DNA of 64,000 bases, taken from an uncultured candidatus Porisulfidus sp. (lineage in GTDB: Bacteria > Pseudomonadota > Gammaproteobacteria > Poriferisulfidales > Oxydemutatoraceae). This document shows positions 10,620 to 21,103 of the stretch, piece after piece (position 1 is the first letter of the stretch; the number at the start of each line of letters is the position of its first letter). The stretch spans positions 800,001 through 864,000 of the forward strand of contig OZ244052.1 of assembly GCA_965215125.1 (NCBI GenBank), in the 5' to 3' direction. The position numbers and the translations under genes were made by a program. A model generated the notes under the pieces. It saw only the letters and a list, made by a program, of their open reading frames with translations, did not search any database and was not told where the DNA came from.

Positions 10620-10661
10620 GACAAAAGCATTATAATAGTATTGTTAAAGTTATCTATTACA

Positions 10662-12737
10662 ATGCAAAAACACAACCGCCTATCGGAAGAGAACAGTCCT
10701 TATTTGCAACAGCATGCCGATAATCCGGTGGACTGGTTCCCGTGGGGTGAGGAAGCCCTAAACAAGGCAAAAAAAGAAGATAAGCCTATATTTTTATCCA
10801 TAGGTTATTCGGCCTGTCACTGGTGCCATGTAATGGCGCACGAATCCTTTGAAGACGAACAAACCGCCCAAATGATGAATGCATATTTTGTCAACATCAA
10901 AGTAGATCGCGAGGAAAGACCCGACCTAGACAAAATCTATCAAACATCCCAAACTCTGATCAATCAACGTAGCGGTGGCTGGCCGTTGAGCATGTTCTTA
11001 ACCCCCGACGACCAGCTCGCTTTCTTCGGTGGCACCTATTTTCCTAAAGAAGCGAGATACGGAATGCCTCGATTCAAGGACGTTCTACAACATATACATC
11101 ACTACTATCATCAACGCAGAGATAATATATACAAACAGAATATCTCAATGCAGGAAGCGTTGCAGCAAATATATACATTGCCCCAAGCATCCGATATAGC
11201 AAGCTCCGCCCTAGTAGAAAAAGCCGAGCGCACATTACACGCTATGTACGATCGCCGCTACGGAGGTTTTGGCAATGCTCCCAAGTTTCCACAAGCAGAC
11301 TTATTGGAATTTTTGATTATGCTATGGGCGCGAAATTCGGCTAAGGCACAAAGTGCAGCAATTGCTCTAATTACGCTTAGTAAAATGTGCCGAGGCGGAA
11401 TTTACGATCAGCTCGGGGGTGGCTTTTGCCGATATTCGGTAGACGAACAGTGGTTGATTCCACATTTTGAAAAGATGCTCTACGATAATGGACAATTATC
11501 GGGATTGCTGGCACAAGCATGGTCTATTACACACGGTGAACTATTTAAGCGTAAAGCGATTGAAACAAACGACTGGGTAATACGCGACATGCAATCACCG
11601 CAAGGTGCTTATTACTCTTCTTTAGATGCCGACTCAGAAGGTGTGGAAGGGAAGTACTACTATTGGCAAAAAGACGAATTGCGGCAGCTACTTGCCGAAG
11701 ACTACGACATTATTGCGCATTATTTCGGCATCGAAGGAACACCTAATTTTGAAGGATACTGGCATTTGCAAGAGAAACACGATACCGAGGAAACCGCACA
11801 AACCCTAAAAATCTCCACTGCATCGGCAAAGCAAAAAATTGATGCTGCAAAGCTAAAATTATTGGAACATCGTGCGTCAAGGATTATGCCCGGGCGCGAC
11901 GAAAAGATATTAACGAGTTGGAACGCACTGATGATCAAAGGCATGGCATTGTCGGCTTATTTGTTGGACAAAACCGAATACCGACAGTCCGCCAAAAGCG
12001 CCTTGGACTTTATACGTACGCATTCTTTGAACGGTGCGCGTCTCTACGCGGTTTGCAAAAACGACAAAGCGCATACCAACGCTTATTTGGACGATTATGC
12101 CTTTTTGATCGATGCAATCCTTCATCTTAGCCAAGCACACTGGCATAGCGAAGACTTTGAGTTGGCTTATAATTTGAGCAATACTTTGATCGATTATTTT
12201 GAAGACCCCGAACACGGGGGATTTTATTTCACCTCTCACGACCACGAACGGTTGGTACAGCGTCCGCGCACATTGACCGACGAAGCGATACCTTCCGGCT
12301 ACAGTATGGCAATCGGTGCGTTATTCAGAATGGGCACCCTGCTCGGTGAAGAGCGGTTCATAAGTGCCGCCGAGCGTGCAATGGAACAAGCCAAGGGGGC
12401 GATGGTAGATGCGCCTCAACACTATGCGAGTCTGCTCAAAACTTTCATGGAATACGAGCAAGGATTCGAGTATATCGTTATTCGCGGTAGTTCAGAGACA
12501 TGCGCACAGTGGCTGCGTATCACCGCAGATTACTACAGTCCGGTTCGCTTGTGTTTCGCTATACCGACAACTGCAACCAACCTACCTGCCGCTTTAGAAG
12601 ATAAAAAAGCCGATAGCCCTCCTGAAAAAGGCATTGCTTATTTGTGCCGTGGACAAACCTGCCACTCGCCTTTCAAGCGTGTTGAAGAATTGACAAAACA
12701 TTTGCAATCGTCGGTGGCTGAACTTCCTCTAGAATGA
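10662..12737 (+). CDS. Thioredoxin-domain protein, YyaL/SPATA20 (DUF255) family
   Basis: [29 protein letters not shown] and [10 protein letters not shown]. Start moved to ATG 10662 to avoid overlapping lgt. Confidence 0.93.
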   Translation: MQKHNRLSEENSPYLQQHADNPVDWFPWGEEALNKAKKEDKPIFLSIGYSACHWCHVMAHESFEDEQTAQMMNAYFVNIKVDREERPDLDKIYQTSQTLINQRSGGWPLSMFLTPDDQLAFFGGTYFPKEARYGMPRFKDVLQHIHHYYHQRRDNIYKQNISMQEALQQIYTLPQASDIASSALVEKAERTLHAMYDRRYGGFGNAPKFPQADLLEFLIMLWARNSAKAQSAAIALITLSKMCRGGIYDQLGGGFCRYSVDEQWLIPHFEKMLYDNGQLSGLLAQAWSITHGELFKRKAIETNDWVIRDMQSPQGAYYSSLDADSEGVEGKYYYWQKDELRQLLAEDYDIIAHYFGIEGTPNFEGYWHLQEKHDTEETAQTLKISTASAKQKIDAAKLKLLEHRASRIMPGRDEKILTSWNALMIKGMALSAYLLDKTEYRQSAKSALDFIRTHSLNGARLYAVCKNDKAHTNAYLDDYAFLIDAILHLSQAHWHSEDFELAYNLSNTLIDYFEDPEHGGFYFTSHDHERLVQRPRTLTDEAIPSGYSMAIGALFRMGTLLGEERFISAAERAMEQAKGAMVDAPQHYASLLKTFMEYEQGFEYIVIRGSSETCAQWLRITADYYSPVRLCFAIPTTATNLPAALEDKKADSPPEKGIAYLCRGQTCHSPFKRVEELTKHLQSSVAELPLE

Positions 12738-13486
12738 GTCATCTAAGATTATTCTTACGATTCATTCTAGTCGGCTTGCACGTTTTGATAGCGGCAGTGA
12801 TTGCGCCTTTATGCTTTATGTCGTGCAAACACGGCAAGCTAAAACCCTTTCAAAAAGGGTTAATACAATGGGAGATGCGCTTTTGCTTGAAACTGCTAGG
12901 TGTCAAAATACATCGGATGGGGCAAGCTACGGAAAAAGTACAATTGATAGTATCCAATCACATCTCTTGGATCGATATACTGGTTATCGGTAGCACGGTA
13001 TCATCGTGTTTTTTATCCAAAGCCGAAGTACGAGAATGGCTGATTATCGGGAAACTCACGATACGCTACGGTACTATTTTCATTACCCGAGGACAAGATA
13101 GCCACTTGGTCCGAGAAGAAATCACACGGAGACTCGCCGATGATATCAACGTGGTTTTATTTCCCGAAGGTACGACCTCGGACGGCACATCGGTACGCCC
13201 TTTTTTTCCGCGACTGATGGCTACCGCCATAGACACCGACACATCGATACAACCTGTTTCTCTACGCTACTTTAACGACAACCGAATTAGCGATATCGCA
13301 CCGTTCACAAGCGACCGCTCTTTGTTGAGCCACGCAATTCAATTATTAAAACAAAAGTCCACCGATGCCGTCATTTGCTTCGGAACACCCATTACACCAC
13401 GAGGAAAAGACCGTAGTAGCCTCGCCAAACAAGCACACGCTACGGTATTAAACGGAGTTATAAAAACATCACCACCGCTACCGTAA
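12734..13486 (+). CDS. Lysophospholipid acyltransferase (PlsC/OlsA family)
   Basis: SNHISWIDI and LFPEGTT motifs. Confidence 0.9.
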   Translation: MSHLRLFLRFILVGLHVLIAAVIAPLCFMSCKHGKLKPFQKGLIQWEMRFCLKLLGVKIHRMGQATEKVQLIVSNHISWIDILVIGSTVSSCFLSKAEVREWLIIGKLTIRYGTIFITRGQDSHLVREEITRRLADDINVVLFPEGTTSDGTSVRPFFPRLMATAIDTDTSIQPVSLRYFNDNRISDIAPFTSDRSLLSHAIQLLKQKSTDAVICFGTPITPRGKDRSSLAKQAHATVLNGVIKTSPPLP

Positions 13487-13567
13487 CAAACCTATAATCG
13501 CTAACGAAGTAACACTCGGATTCGCATTATGGCGGATTGCATTATGTGCTATAGTGATTGACCTAAT

Positions 13568-13644
13568 CGGAGTGTAGCTCAGCTTGGTAGAGCACTGCCT
13601 TCGGGAGGCAGGGGTCGGAGGTTCAAATCCTTTCACTCCGACCA
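13568..13644 (+). tRNA. tRNA-Pro (CGG)
   Basis: CGGAGTG acceptor stem, anticodon arm CTGCC-TTCGGGA-GGCAG, GGTTCAAATCC T-arm and encoded CCA. Confidence 0.97.
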
Positions 13645-13652
13645 TTGGAAAA

Positions 13653-13934
13653 TAGAACCGCCACTTGCTCCAGTTGAGCAAGTGGCGTTACAGTTGTGCA
13701 GAATCTTTGCATAAGAATGTAGGTCGGATAAACTAAGGTTTATCCTCATAGGTGGTCGTGTCATACAATTACGGTATGAGTGTATTCCTCTCCTCCGGAG
13801 GGGTAGTTGTCTTATGTCTGCACAAAGTCACGCCGATTGACCTACCGGTTTAATCGGCGGTTCTATTGCGCCTGCCACCCCTCCGAAGGAGGGGAATGGT
13901 GCACTCCTATACATGTCGGTTAATCGGCGGTTCT
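13653..13934. repeat. Modular palindromic repeat, copy 1 (arm B, core, arm A, CCCCTCC/GGAGGGG module)
   Basis: TAGAACCGCCACTTG..CAAGTGGCG..GTGCAGAA at the left. TCTGCACAAAGTCACGCCGATT..AATCGGCGGTTCTA at the right, followed by GCCTGCCACCCCTCC..GGAGGGGAAT. Confidence 0.85.
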
Positions 13935-14037
13935 CTCTCAAGAAAATACCGTTAGTCGGTTATTAGCAACCATTCGTCGGTATTCCGAAACTCGGCTACT
14001 GAAATGCGGCAAAGTAGCATATTTTACGGAGATACGA

Positions 14038-14709
14038 ATGACTATTAAACACTGGCCGAACAAGGAAAGACCGCGCGAGAAACTACTCGCACATGGACCG
14101 GAAAATTTATCCGATGCAGAATTGCTTGCAATCTTATTAAATTCGGGAACATCCGGAATGTCGGCACTTGACCTTGCCCGTCAATTATTAAAAACTTTCG
14201 GAAGCCTGCGAGCGGTAACAGAAGCGGACAAAAAAGATTTATGTCTCAACAAAGGCGTGGGCGATGTTTGTTATACGCGCCTGCAGGCTGCGTTAGAAAT
14301 TACCAGAAGGACACTGATGGAGTCTATGAAGAAAAAAGATATGGTTGCCAGTCCCGAGCGAGCGCGTAAATACTTAACCTTAAAGATGCGCAATTATCCC
14401 TACGAAGTTTTTGCCTGCTTATTTCTCGACAATCAGCATCGCGTCATCGCTTTTGAGGAACTATTTCGCGGCACTATAGACGGTGCGAGCGTGCATCCTA
14501 GAGAAGTTGTCAAGCGTACTCTACACTATAACGCGGCGGCGATCATCTTGGTTCATAACCATCCTTCGGGATCCAGCGAACCTTCCCATGCCGACCGTCA
14601 TATCACCGAAGAACTAAAAAATGCGTTGGCATTGATTGATGTACGGATACTCGATCACTTCGTGGTCGGTGAGAAAATAACGTCGTTCACCGAATCCAAT
14701 TTACTTTAA
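14038..14709 (+). CDS. radC: RadC/YicR JAB-domain protein
   Basis: ERPREKLL..G...LSDAELLAI, VHPREVVK, HNHPSG and LDHFVVG. Confidence 0.96.
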   Translation: MTIKHWPNKERPREKLLAHGPENLSDAELLAILLNSGTSGMSALDLARQLLKTFGSLRAVTEADKKDLCLNKGVGDVCYTRLQAALEITRRTLMESMKKKDMVASPERARKYLTLKMRNYPYEVFACLFLDNQHRVIAFEELFRGTIDGASVHPREVVKRTLHYNAAAIILVHNHPSGSSEPSHADRHITEELKNALALIDVRILDHFVVGEKITSFTESNLL

Positions 14710-14823
14710 GAATACACCACACGCATGCTTCATCTATCTATCTTAAGCAGATTACACAAAATGAGGTGCCTCTATATTATAATAAGCGTTTATATCTCTT
14801 TTGATATCACAAACATTAAAACT

Positions 14824-15300
14824 ATGAGAAAAACACCGATAACTAAATTGGGGGCAGAAAGGCTTAGAGAAGAATTAAAGCACCTCAAAACCGTAGAGCG
14901 GCAAAAAATAATCGCAGCGATTTCAACGGCGCGTGAACACGGAGACCTTAAAGAAAACGCCGAATATCACGCAGCACGCGAACGCCAAGGCTTTATAGAA
15001 GGACGCATTAAAGACATAGAATTCTATCTTTCCGAAAGCGAAATTATCGATATCACACAACTGAAGCATAATAACAAGATAGTATTCGGAGCAACGGTTA
15101 AACTATACGACACCGATGCCGAAGCAGAGTGCGCATATCAAATCGTAGGAGAAATAGAAGCGGATATTAAGCAAAACAAAATATCCATTACCTCGCCTTT
15201 AGCACGTGCAATAATCGGTAAGTCGGAGGGTGATAGTATTGTCGTTGAAACACCGGGCGGTGAAAAAACATACAAAGTTCTGGCATTAAACTACGTCTAG
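14824..15300 (+). CDS. greA: Transcription elongation factor GreA
   Basis: [18 protein letters not shown] and [14 protein letters not shown]. Start set at ATG 14824. Confidence 0.96.
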   Translation: MRKTPITKLGAERLREELKHLKTVERQKIIAAISTAREHGDLKENAEYHAARERQGFIEGRIKDIEFYLSESEIIDITQLKHNNKIVFGATVKLYDTDAEAECAYQIVGEIEADIKQNKISITSPLARAIIGKSEGDSIVVETPGGEKTYKVLALNYV

Positions 15301-15493
15301 ACTTAGGCGAAACCAATCGGCTGTGAGATTAGTTGTCCCGTAACAATTCTACTTGCTTTAGTCTCTAATAATACACTTTATCCTTTTTTTTATACCACTC
15401 GGCACTTAGCCCGAAGCATATAGCTTCTATAGCCTCAAAATATGGCATGTTGTCTCTAGAGCTGATTTTTTGCATATCACAAAACCATTAACA

Positions 15494-16186
15494 ATGATGA
15501 AAATCTTTAGTAAATCTACATTCTCCAAACATTGCCCGGTTTGTTTATCTGCTGCCGAGCGGGCAGGCTTGTGTAGAAACTGTTTATTGAGTCTAATTCA
15601 ACCGAGGCATAGTTGTCGTATTTGTCTTGTGCCACTTGAACGGCAAGCAGGCAATATCTGTATTTCTTGTGCAGCAGGTGTGCCTTTTGATCAAGTTATT
15701 TCACTAGCCCGTTATACTCCTCCACTAAGCGATTTGATTTGCAGATTGAAATATCACAATCACATCCATTTAGCCAAAGTTCTCGGCACATTGCTTGCAA
15801 ATCATATAAAAAAGCACCAACGAACACTGCCCGAATTACTAATTGCCGTACCGTTACACAAACAACGCATACAACAACGAGGGTTTAATCAAGCCGTAGA
15901 AATTGCGCGCACGGTATCTGCCCAACTAAACTTAAAAACAGACTATCGGTGCATTGAAAAGTCTAAAAAAACTCCTCTGCAAACCACACTCAATTCACAT
16001 CAACGCCGAAATAATCTAAAAGGTGCTTTCCATCTACGACACTCGGTATGTACGGAATCTGTTGCATTACTCGACGATGTGATGACCACCGGCGCAACCG
16101 TATCGGAAATCGCGTCGTTATTAAAAAAAGAAGGGGTGCGTCGTGTTGAGGTATGGGTTCTAGCAAGAACTTCTCCTTCGTTTTAA
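15494..16186 (+). CDS. comF: ComF-family amidophosphoribosyltransferase-like protein
   Basis: N-terminal CxxC pairs, RGFNQA and LLDDVMTTGAT. Confidence 0.92.
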   Translation: MMKIFSKSTFSKHCPVCLSAAERAGLCRNCLLSLIQPRHSCRICLVPLERQAGNICISCAAGVPFDQVISLARYTPPLSDLICRLKYHNHIHLAKVLGTLLANHIKKHQRTLPELLIAVPLHKQRIQQRGFNQAVEIARTVSAQLNLKTDYRCIEKSKKTPLQTTLNSHQRRNNLKGAFHLRHSVCTESVALLDDVMTTGATVSEIASLLKKEGVRRVEVWVLARTSPSF

Positions 16187-17040
16187 CCAAATAAATCTAT
16201 AAAAAGTCCGACAAAGACAGCCATACCGAAATAATTATTATTGTTGAATGCTCGCAAACACAGTTCCGGAGATCTGTTTCTAAGAAGATGTTGCTGATAC
16301 GCAGAAAAAATCATTGCCACGACCAAACCGCCATAATAAAAATCCCCCAAAGCCTTCAGATAGCCTGCAATGAATAAAAACACAAGTGTCGACAACTGAA
16401 ATACGGCAATGAGTGAACGATCGTACTTGTCGAACAGCAAAGCAGAAGATTTTACGCCTATCGCTTTATCGTCGTGACGATCAGCCATTGCATACATCGT
16501 ATCGTAGGCAACCGACCAACAAATACCGGCTGCATATAATAACCAACCTTCCAAAGAGGGTAATGTATTGGTTTGGGCGGTATATGCCATGGGTATCGTC
16601 CAACCAAAGGCTAGACCTAGATGCACCTGAGGCAAAGAATGTATACGCTTCATAAATGGATAAGATATCGCTAAAAGCAGTGCAACCACGGCCATATATA
16701 CGGTTAGTCTGTTAGTTTGTAGTACCAATAAAAAAGCTAAAACCAATAACACGATAGATAAAACAATTGCTTCCGCCGGTGAAACGCGGCCCGAGGCAAT
16801 AGGGCGATTTTTAGTTCTAGCAACTAGAGGATCTATTTTGCGATCGACATAGTCGTTAATCACACAACCAGCCGAGCGCATCAATACCACGCCGATAATG
16901 AAAATCAATAATATCCGTTGTTCGGGGACACCGCCGACAGCAAACCACAAAGCCCATAACGTCGGCCACAACAACAAGTAAATACCGATTGGGCGGGAAA
17001 AACGCATCAGCGTCAAATAATTTTTAATGCGCTCACCCAT
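16183..17040 (-). CDS. ubiA: 4-hydroxybenzoate polyprenyltransferase
   Basis: RPIGIYLLLWP, RSAGCVINDYVDRKID and YDTMYAMADR.DD..IGVKS. Confidence 0.97.
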   Translation of the reverse strand: MGERIKNYLTLMRFSRPIGIYLLLWPTLWALWFAVGGVPEQRILLIFIIGVVLMRSAGCVINDYVDRKIDPLVARTKNRPIASGRVSPAEAIVLSIVLLVLAFLLVLQTNRLTVYMAVVALLLAISYPFMKRIHSLPQVHLGLAFGWTIPMAYTAQTNTLPSLEGWLLYAAGICWSVAYDTMYAMADRHDDKAIGVKSSALLFDKYDRSLIAVFQLSTLVFLFIAGYLKALGDFYYGGLVVAMIFSAYQQHLLRNRSPELCLRAFNNNNYFGMAVFVGLFIDLFG

Positions 17041-17115
17041 TATGGAAGTACCATTTCTTACAGTAATACAAACAGCATCGGTGTTAAAAATGTATTAAAT
17101 GTTTATACAGCCGGG

Positions 17116-17324
17116 GGCTGTTGAAAAAATGCAGGCATCGCAAAAAGCCAATCGCTGTGCGCCACATAATTACCCAAACCACTTACGCCATTTGGTTTTG
17201 GTTCCCATAAATTGAATGAATGTATAAATCGTGCCGGCGCAACGCGTTACGGGCGGACATGTCGTAGGGGCGGACTTACATGTCCGCCCGTCCCTACGAT
17301 GCATGGAATACTTTTTCAACAACC
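17116..17324. repeat. MITE-like element (repeat copy 2) with 13-bp terminal inverted repeats and an internal GTAG REP hairpin
   Basis: GGCTGTTGAAAAA ... TTTTTCAACAACC. Internal GTAGGGGCGGACTTACATGTCCGCCC. The core is shared with 61110-61190 and, inverted, with 51370-51420. Confidence 0.75.
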
Positions 17325-17343
17325 TTACTACTTTTGTATAAAG

Positions 17344-19563
17344 TTATTTATCCGCTTTCTTGGTCGCCTTTCGTTGCGCCCTTCTTTCAGCCAAAAATCT
17401 AGCTCTTTTTTCTGCTTTTATGCGGGCTTGTAATTGTGCTTGCTCTACCGAATCCATGGCTTGGTAAAGTTTTTGCAAAATGCTTTCTATCCTCTCTTTA
17501 GTTTGCTCACTGCCTGGAAGGTTTCTGGCTTCTTCCAGTATGGCAATCGCCTCTCTCGGGTTATCTCTACGAATCTCCGAGATCGCTTTAGTAAGCATTA
17601 CCGAAGCCGAGCGTGCGCGTGATGTAGACCATGCTCCGACCAGCGAGTCAAATTCATCGGTTTTACCCAGTTCTAGATAAACACCCGACAATGCGTTCAA
17701 TACCTGACGCCGGTATGGATAATCTTTACGTATCTCTTCAAATAGAGGAAGTGCTTTTTCGTACTCTTGATTTCTGTAATAATAATTACCGATATAATAC
17801 ATAGTCCTTTTTCTTATCGGGAATTCTTTATATGATTCTTGGGCGGCCTCAAACGAAGTTTTATAATTACCGGCACTATAATTCGATACCGCCTTAAAGT
17901 ACAAATTATCGGACTTGTACCAAATAATTTGGATGGCTAACATAGCAACAGTTGCCGCAGTCATTGCGGTGGTTCCGGCTATTTTCAAAACAGGAGACGA
18001 CAAAGCCCAACGGTAAAATATACGCTCGCTTGAATCAGATGCCTGCCAAACAGCACCGGTGAGTATGCCGACATAGAGCATAGCAATCGCTATAGTGATA
18101 GGTTGCTGTAATGGGAAACTGACAAACGCGTTCGCTGCAATACCTAAAATAGCCACAACGACGGTCATTACCATCACTTGATCTTCCTTCCGAAGGTCGC
18201 TTTTAAGTGAAAACACACGAACTATGCCGATAAGTGTTGCAAATACTACCCATAACATCAACAATAGTCCAACTAGTCCCAGTTCGCATACAAACTCTAC
18301 ATAATCGTTATGCGCATTGATATGAAAGAGTGTCTCACCCCTCAATGCAGGATCAACTGCGTAAGACTCTTGATATTTCGGATAATAAACCATCCAATTA
18401 CCGATACCTACGCCTAGCAACCAATAATCCTTGAACATATTGTAGGAATTTCTCCACATGATAAGACGCTGCTTCTTAGTTCCTTCGTAACTTTCCTTGG
18501 CAGATTCGATTAATTTAGAGGCAGACTCTGCCTGTACTGCACCTCCGCGCGGGTTTGTGGATGAGTCAATCCCTCCGGTGTTTTTTTCTAAAACCGGAAC
18601 AGTAGAAACAAAAAATTGCGGCGTAGTATTAACCAATGCGACTGTTGCCACAATAAATCCCACTAAAGCTAATATTTTAGGAAGTCCCCAGTTGTATTTA
18701 TGAACCAAGCCGTACTTAAAATAAACCAGCAGTGGAACTAATATAGCCATTTCAACTATCCAAGAAAACCACGAACCGCGTGTACGACCGTAGAATAAAG
18801 CAGCCAGTGCGAAAGCGGAACCTAGAGCATAAAACCATGATGCCGTAGGCTTACGACTGTTTATGAAAAGCCCCACACCTAGTACCCAAGTTAGAATTAA
18901 AAACTCTCCATTCATATTTTTATTGCCGAATGTGGCTGCAGGTGAGGCATGCTGGGCAACCCAGTCTATAGAAAACAGGTACTGTCCGACACCCAACAAA
19001 GCGATGAGCACCAAACTACAAAACAGGCAAAATATCATCGGGAATATGGAACGTCTGTCGCGTAAACACATCAATGCCAGAGAGAAAATAACAAATCCTG
19101 CCCCCCAATCCAATACCTTAACTATTGCTTCGTAAAAGTTATGCGCCCAAAATAAAGATAAAATCATCCACAAATAAAAAGCCGCGACGGGATATAACAG
19201 CAACGGAACATGTGGAATCAAGATACCGTCACTTTTATTCTTATACACCAAAAACAGATAAACAGACAAAAATGCCAAAGCACCCACTTGCAACATTGAT
19301 GCCATATAAAGGTCAGGGTTATAGCCGTATGAAGTCTGACCCAAAGGTGCAACGATGGCAACTAAAGAAATAAAGATAGAAAGTGCCCACACATAGGACT
19401 GAGGTATTTCCGATATTACTTCTAATTGTTTATGTCCCGAGATTGAATTCTCAGGCACACCGCCTGCCGACAAACCCACCTTTTTATCGATAGATTTCTG
19501 GTTTGAGGGTTTTGACGAAGCCTTAGCGGTAACGGTTGCTTTTTTCTTTTTTCTAGTAGCCAT
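17344..19563 (-). CDS. O-antigen ligase / O-oligosaccharyltransferase (Wzy_C) family protein with C-terminal TPR-like repeats
   Basis: Many TM helices, ATFGNKN, RTRGSW, R..MW......D..LLGVGIGNW, NAHNDY and SFPLQ. The tail is helical and TPR-like (YYIGNYYYRNQEYEKALPLFEE). Confidence 0.85.
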   Translation of the reverse strand: MATRKKKKATVTAKASSKPSNQKSIDKKVGLSAGGVPENSISGHKQLEVISEIPQSYVWALSIFISLVAIVAPLGQTSYGYNPDLYMASMLQVGALAFLSVYLFLVYKNKSDGILIPHVPLLLYPVAAFYLWMILSLFWAHNFYEAIVKVLDWGAGFVIFSLALMCLRDRRSIFPMIFCLFCSLVLIALLGVGQYLFSIDWVAQHASPAATFGNKNMNGEFLILTWVLGVGLFINSRKPTASWFYALGSAFALAALFYGRTRGSWFSWIVEMAILVPLLVYFKYGLVHKYNWGLPKILALVGFIVATVALVNTTPQFFVSTVPVLEKNTGGIDSSTNPRGGAVQAESASKLIESAKESYEGTKKQRLIMWRNSYNMFKDYWLLGVGIGNWMVYYPKYQESYAVDPALRGETLFHINAHNDYVEFVCELGLVGLLLMLWVVFATLIGIVRVFSLKSDLRKEDQVMVMTVVVAILGIAANAFVSFPLQQPITIAIAMLYVGILTGAVWQASDSSERIFYRWALSSPVLKIAGTTAMTAATVAMLAIQIIWYKSDNLYFKAVSNYSAGNYKTSFEAAQESYKEFPIRKRTMYYIGNYYYRNQEYEKALPLFEEIRKDYPYRRQVLNALSGVYLELGKTDEFDSLVGAWSTSRARSASVMLTKAISEIRRDNPREAIAILEEARNLPGSEQTKERIESILQKLYQAMDSVEQAQLQARIKAEKRARFLAERRAQRKATKKADK

Positions 19564-19711
19564 TTGATTATATTCAAAAAGTAAAAATTGAATACCTATA
19601 ATAACACGATATGGTGGGGTATGAGGATAAATAACGCAATAGTAGTCGCAGAGTTAGGGGAGGGAAACTATGACGCAGACCCTATATATTTATAAAAATT
19701 TATCGCCCCGC

Positions 19712-19798
19712 TGGTGCCGAGGAGAGGACTTGAACCTCCACAGGGTTTCCCCTACTGGCACCTGAAGCCAGCGCGTCTACCGATTCCGCCACCTCGGC
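19712..19798 (-). tRNA. tRNA-Leu (CAG)
   Basis: Reverse complement GCCGAGGTGGCGGAATCGGTAGACGCGCTGGC-TTCAGGT-GCCAG, long variable arm, then GTTCAAGTCC..CTCGGCACCA. Confidence 0.97.
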
Positions 19799-19824
19799 GA
19801 AAAACCGTTGCAAAGTTTAACACA

Positions 19825-20736
19825 CTATTCTTTGGGTACTTGTGCTTGCTTCAGCACTTCGTCTGCAAAACCTCCTACTACATTTATATCTATAGGATCG
19901 GGCATACCTTTCTCTATCGATGCAAATACGTTTACCCGGCTTTGCAAATCACTGAGATAGCTTTCGGATTGGACTCTTCCCTGAGATAATATTTGCTCTT
20001 GTATATTGATCAGTTCACTCCCGAGATTTAACCCATCTTGAACCCATGCTCTGATTGCATGGTCCTGTTCCGGATATTTCTCCAGTGCCTCGGTATAAGC
20101 TTCGCTACCAGTACCGTATTGGTTAAAATTTTGCGTGCTGTCGAGGAATTTCGACTGCGAGATAGTATTTGCCATCTGCGCAATCTGTGTTGACTGCTTT
20201 TTCAAGGTTTCTAAAGACTCGGCAGGCATTTTTTTTATTTCTGCATCGTTTAAACCCTCAAAAGATACATTATTAGCAAGATTATGAATTGCGGTCGTAC
20301 CTCTGCGTATAGCTTTATCACCCAAATTAAAAAATGAAGCGACCTCGCTACTACTTTTTGAGTCGGCTAATCCTGCTACAGCATTCTCTTTAGCGGCTAT
20401 TATCCCGGTTGCGCATGCCGTTAATAACATATTTGCTTTCCCCTCAAGGACAACACCCGCATGAGCAGCAGCATTGCCGGACGACGATATTCGTTGATGA
20501 CTACCCTGTGAACGCCTCCCGAAACATGACCTCAATACACTAAATAAACCGCTGCGTTCACTTTTTGTTGGTGAACGCGCCGCTCTACTGCGTATATTTG
20601 TTCTCGGAATATTCGGGCTCAAGCGAGCTCTCATCCCATCGTCGGCTAGAACAGCTCTATTAGAGTGACCATCGTCGGCGGGAACTTGCCCAACGTTAGC
20701 ATTTTGTCGGGGTTGATTAGTTGGATTTACTAGCAT
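19825..20736 (-). CDS. Hypothetical protein with a disordered N-terminus and helical C-terminal domain
   Basis: 303-codon ORF filling the intergenic gap, with a strong AAGGAGG RBS upstream. No family recognised. Confidence 0.8.
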   Translation of the reverse strand: MLVNPTNQPRQNANVGQVPADDGHSNRAVLADDGMRARLSPNIPRTNIRSRAARSPTKSERSGLFSVLRSCFGRRSQGSHQRISSSGNAAAHAGVVLEGKANMLLTACATGIIAAKENAVAGLADSKSSSEVASFFNLGDKAIRRGTTAIHNLANNVSFEGLNDAEIKKMPAESLETLKKQSTQIAQMANTISQSKFLDSTQNFNQYGTGSEAYTEALEKYPEQDHAIRAWVQDGLNLGSELINIQEQILSQGRVQSESYLSDLQSRVNVFASIEKGMPDPIDINVVGGFADEVLKQAQVPKE

Positions 20737-20926
20737 AACAATACCCTCCTTTATCTTTATCGTTACTACTATAGCTTAGTATAACATATTTTAACGATTG
20801 AGGCTGTCCCTTGCGCAACATGCTAGTACACAATCGATTCAGTTTATGGAAACGACTGGTAGGAGCGGATTATACGCTGCTGTTGCGTTATAATGAGTTC
20901 GTCATTTTTACTTTCAGATGGTCTTG

Positions 20927-21100
20927 ATGGAATATAAAAAATATATGTGTGTGGTGTGCGGCTGGGTCTACGATGAGGAATATGGCGTGCCGGAGGACGG
21001 CATAGAACCCGGAACGCGTTGGGATGACATTCCGTTGAATTGGACTTGCCCGGAATGCGGCGCGCGTAAATCCGACTTTGAGATGGTTGAATTGGGTTAG
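20927..21100 (+). CDS. Rubredoxin
   Basis: [30 protein letters not shown]. Confidence 0.97.
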   Translation: MEYKKYMCVVCGWVYDEEYGVPEDGIEPGTRWDDIPLNWTCPECGARKSDFEMVELG

Positions 21101-21103
21101 CCG

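Noticed and set aside
13478-13681. 67-aa minus-strand ORF (MVGVKGFEPPTPASRRQCSTKLSYTP)
   Set aside because: It is the antisense translation of tRNA-Pro. ORFs 19714..19989 (tRNA-Leu) and 36630..36944 (tRNA-Phe) are rejected for the same reason.
13653-13934. Possible CRISPR array or integron attC cassette array
   Set aside because: There is no regular repeat-spacer periodicity and no cas genes. The arms lack a consistent RYYYAAC/GTTRRRY attC layout, and the only tyrosine recombinase is a canonical XerC.
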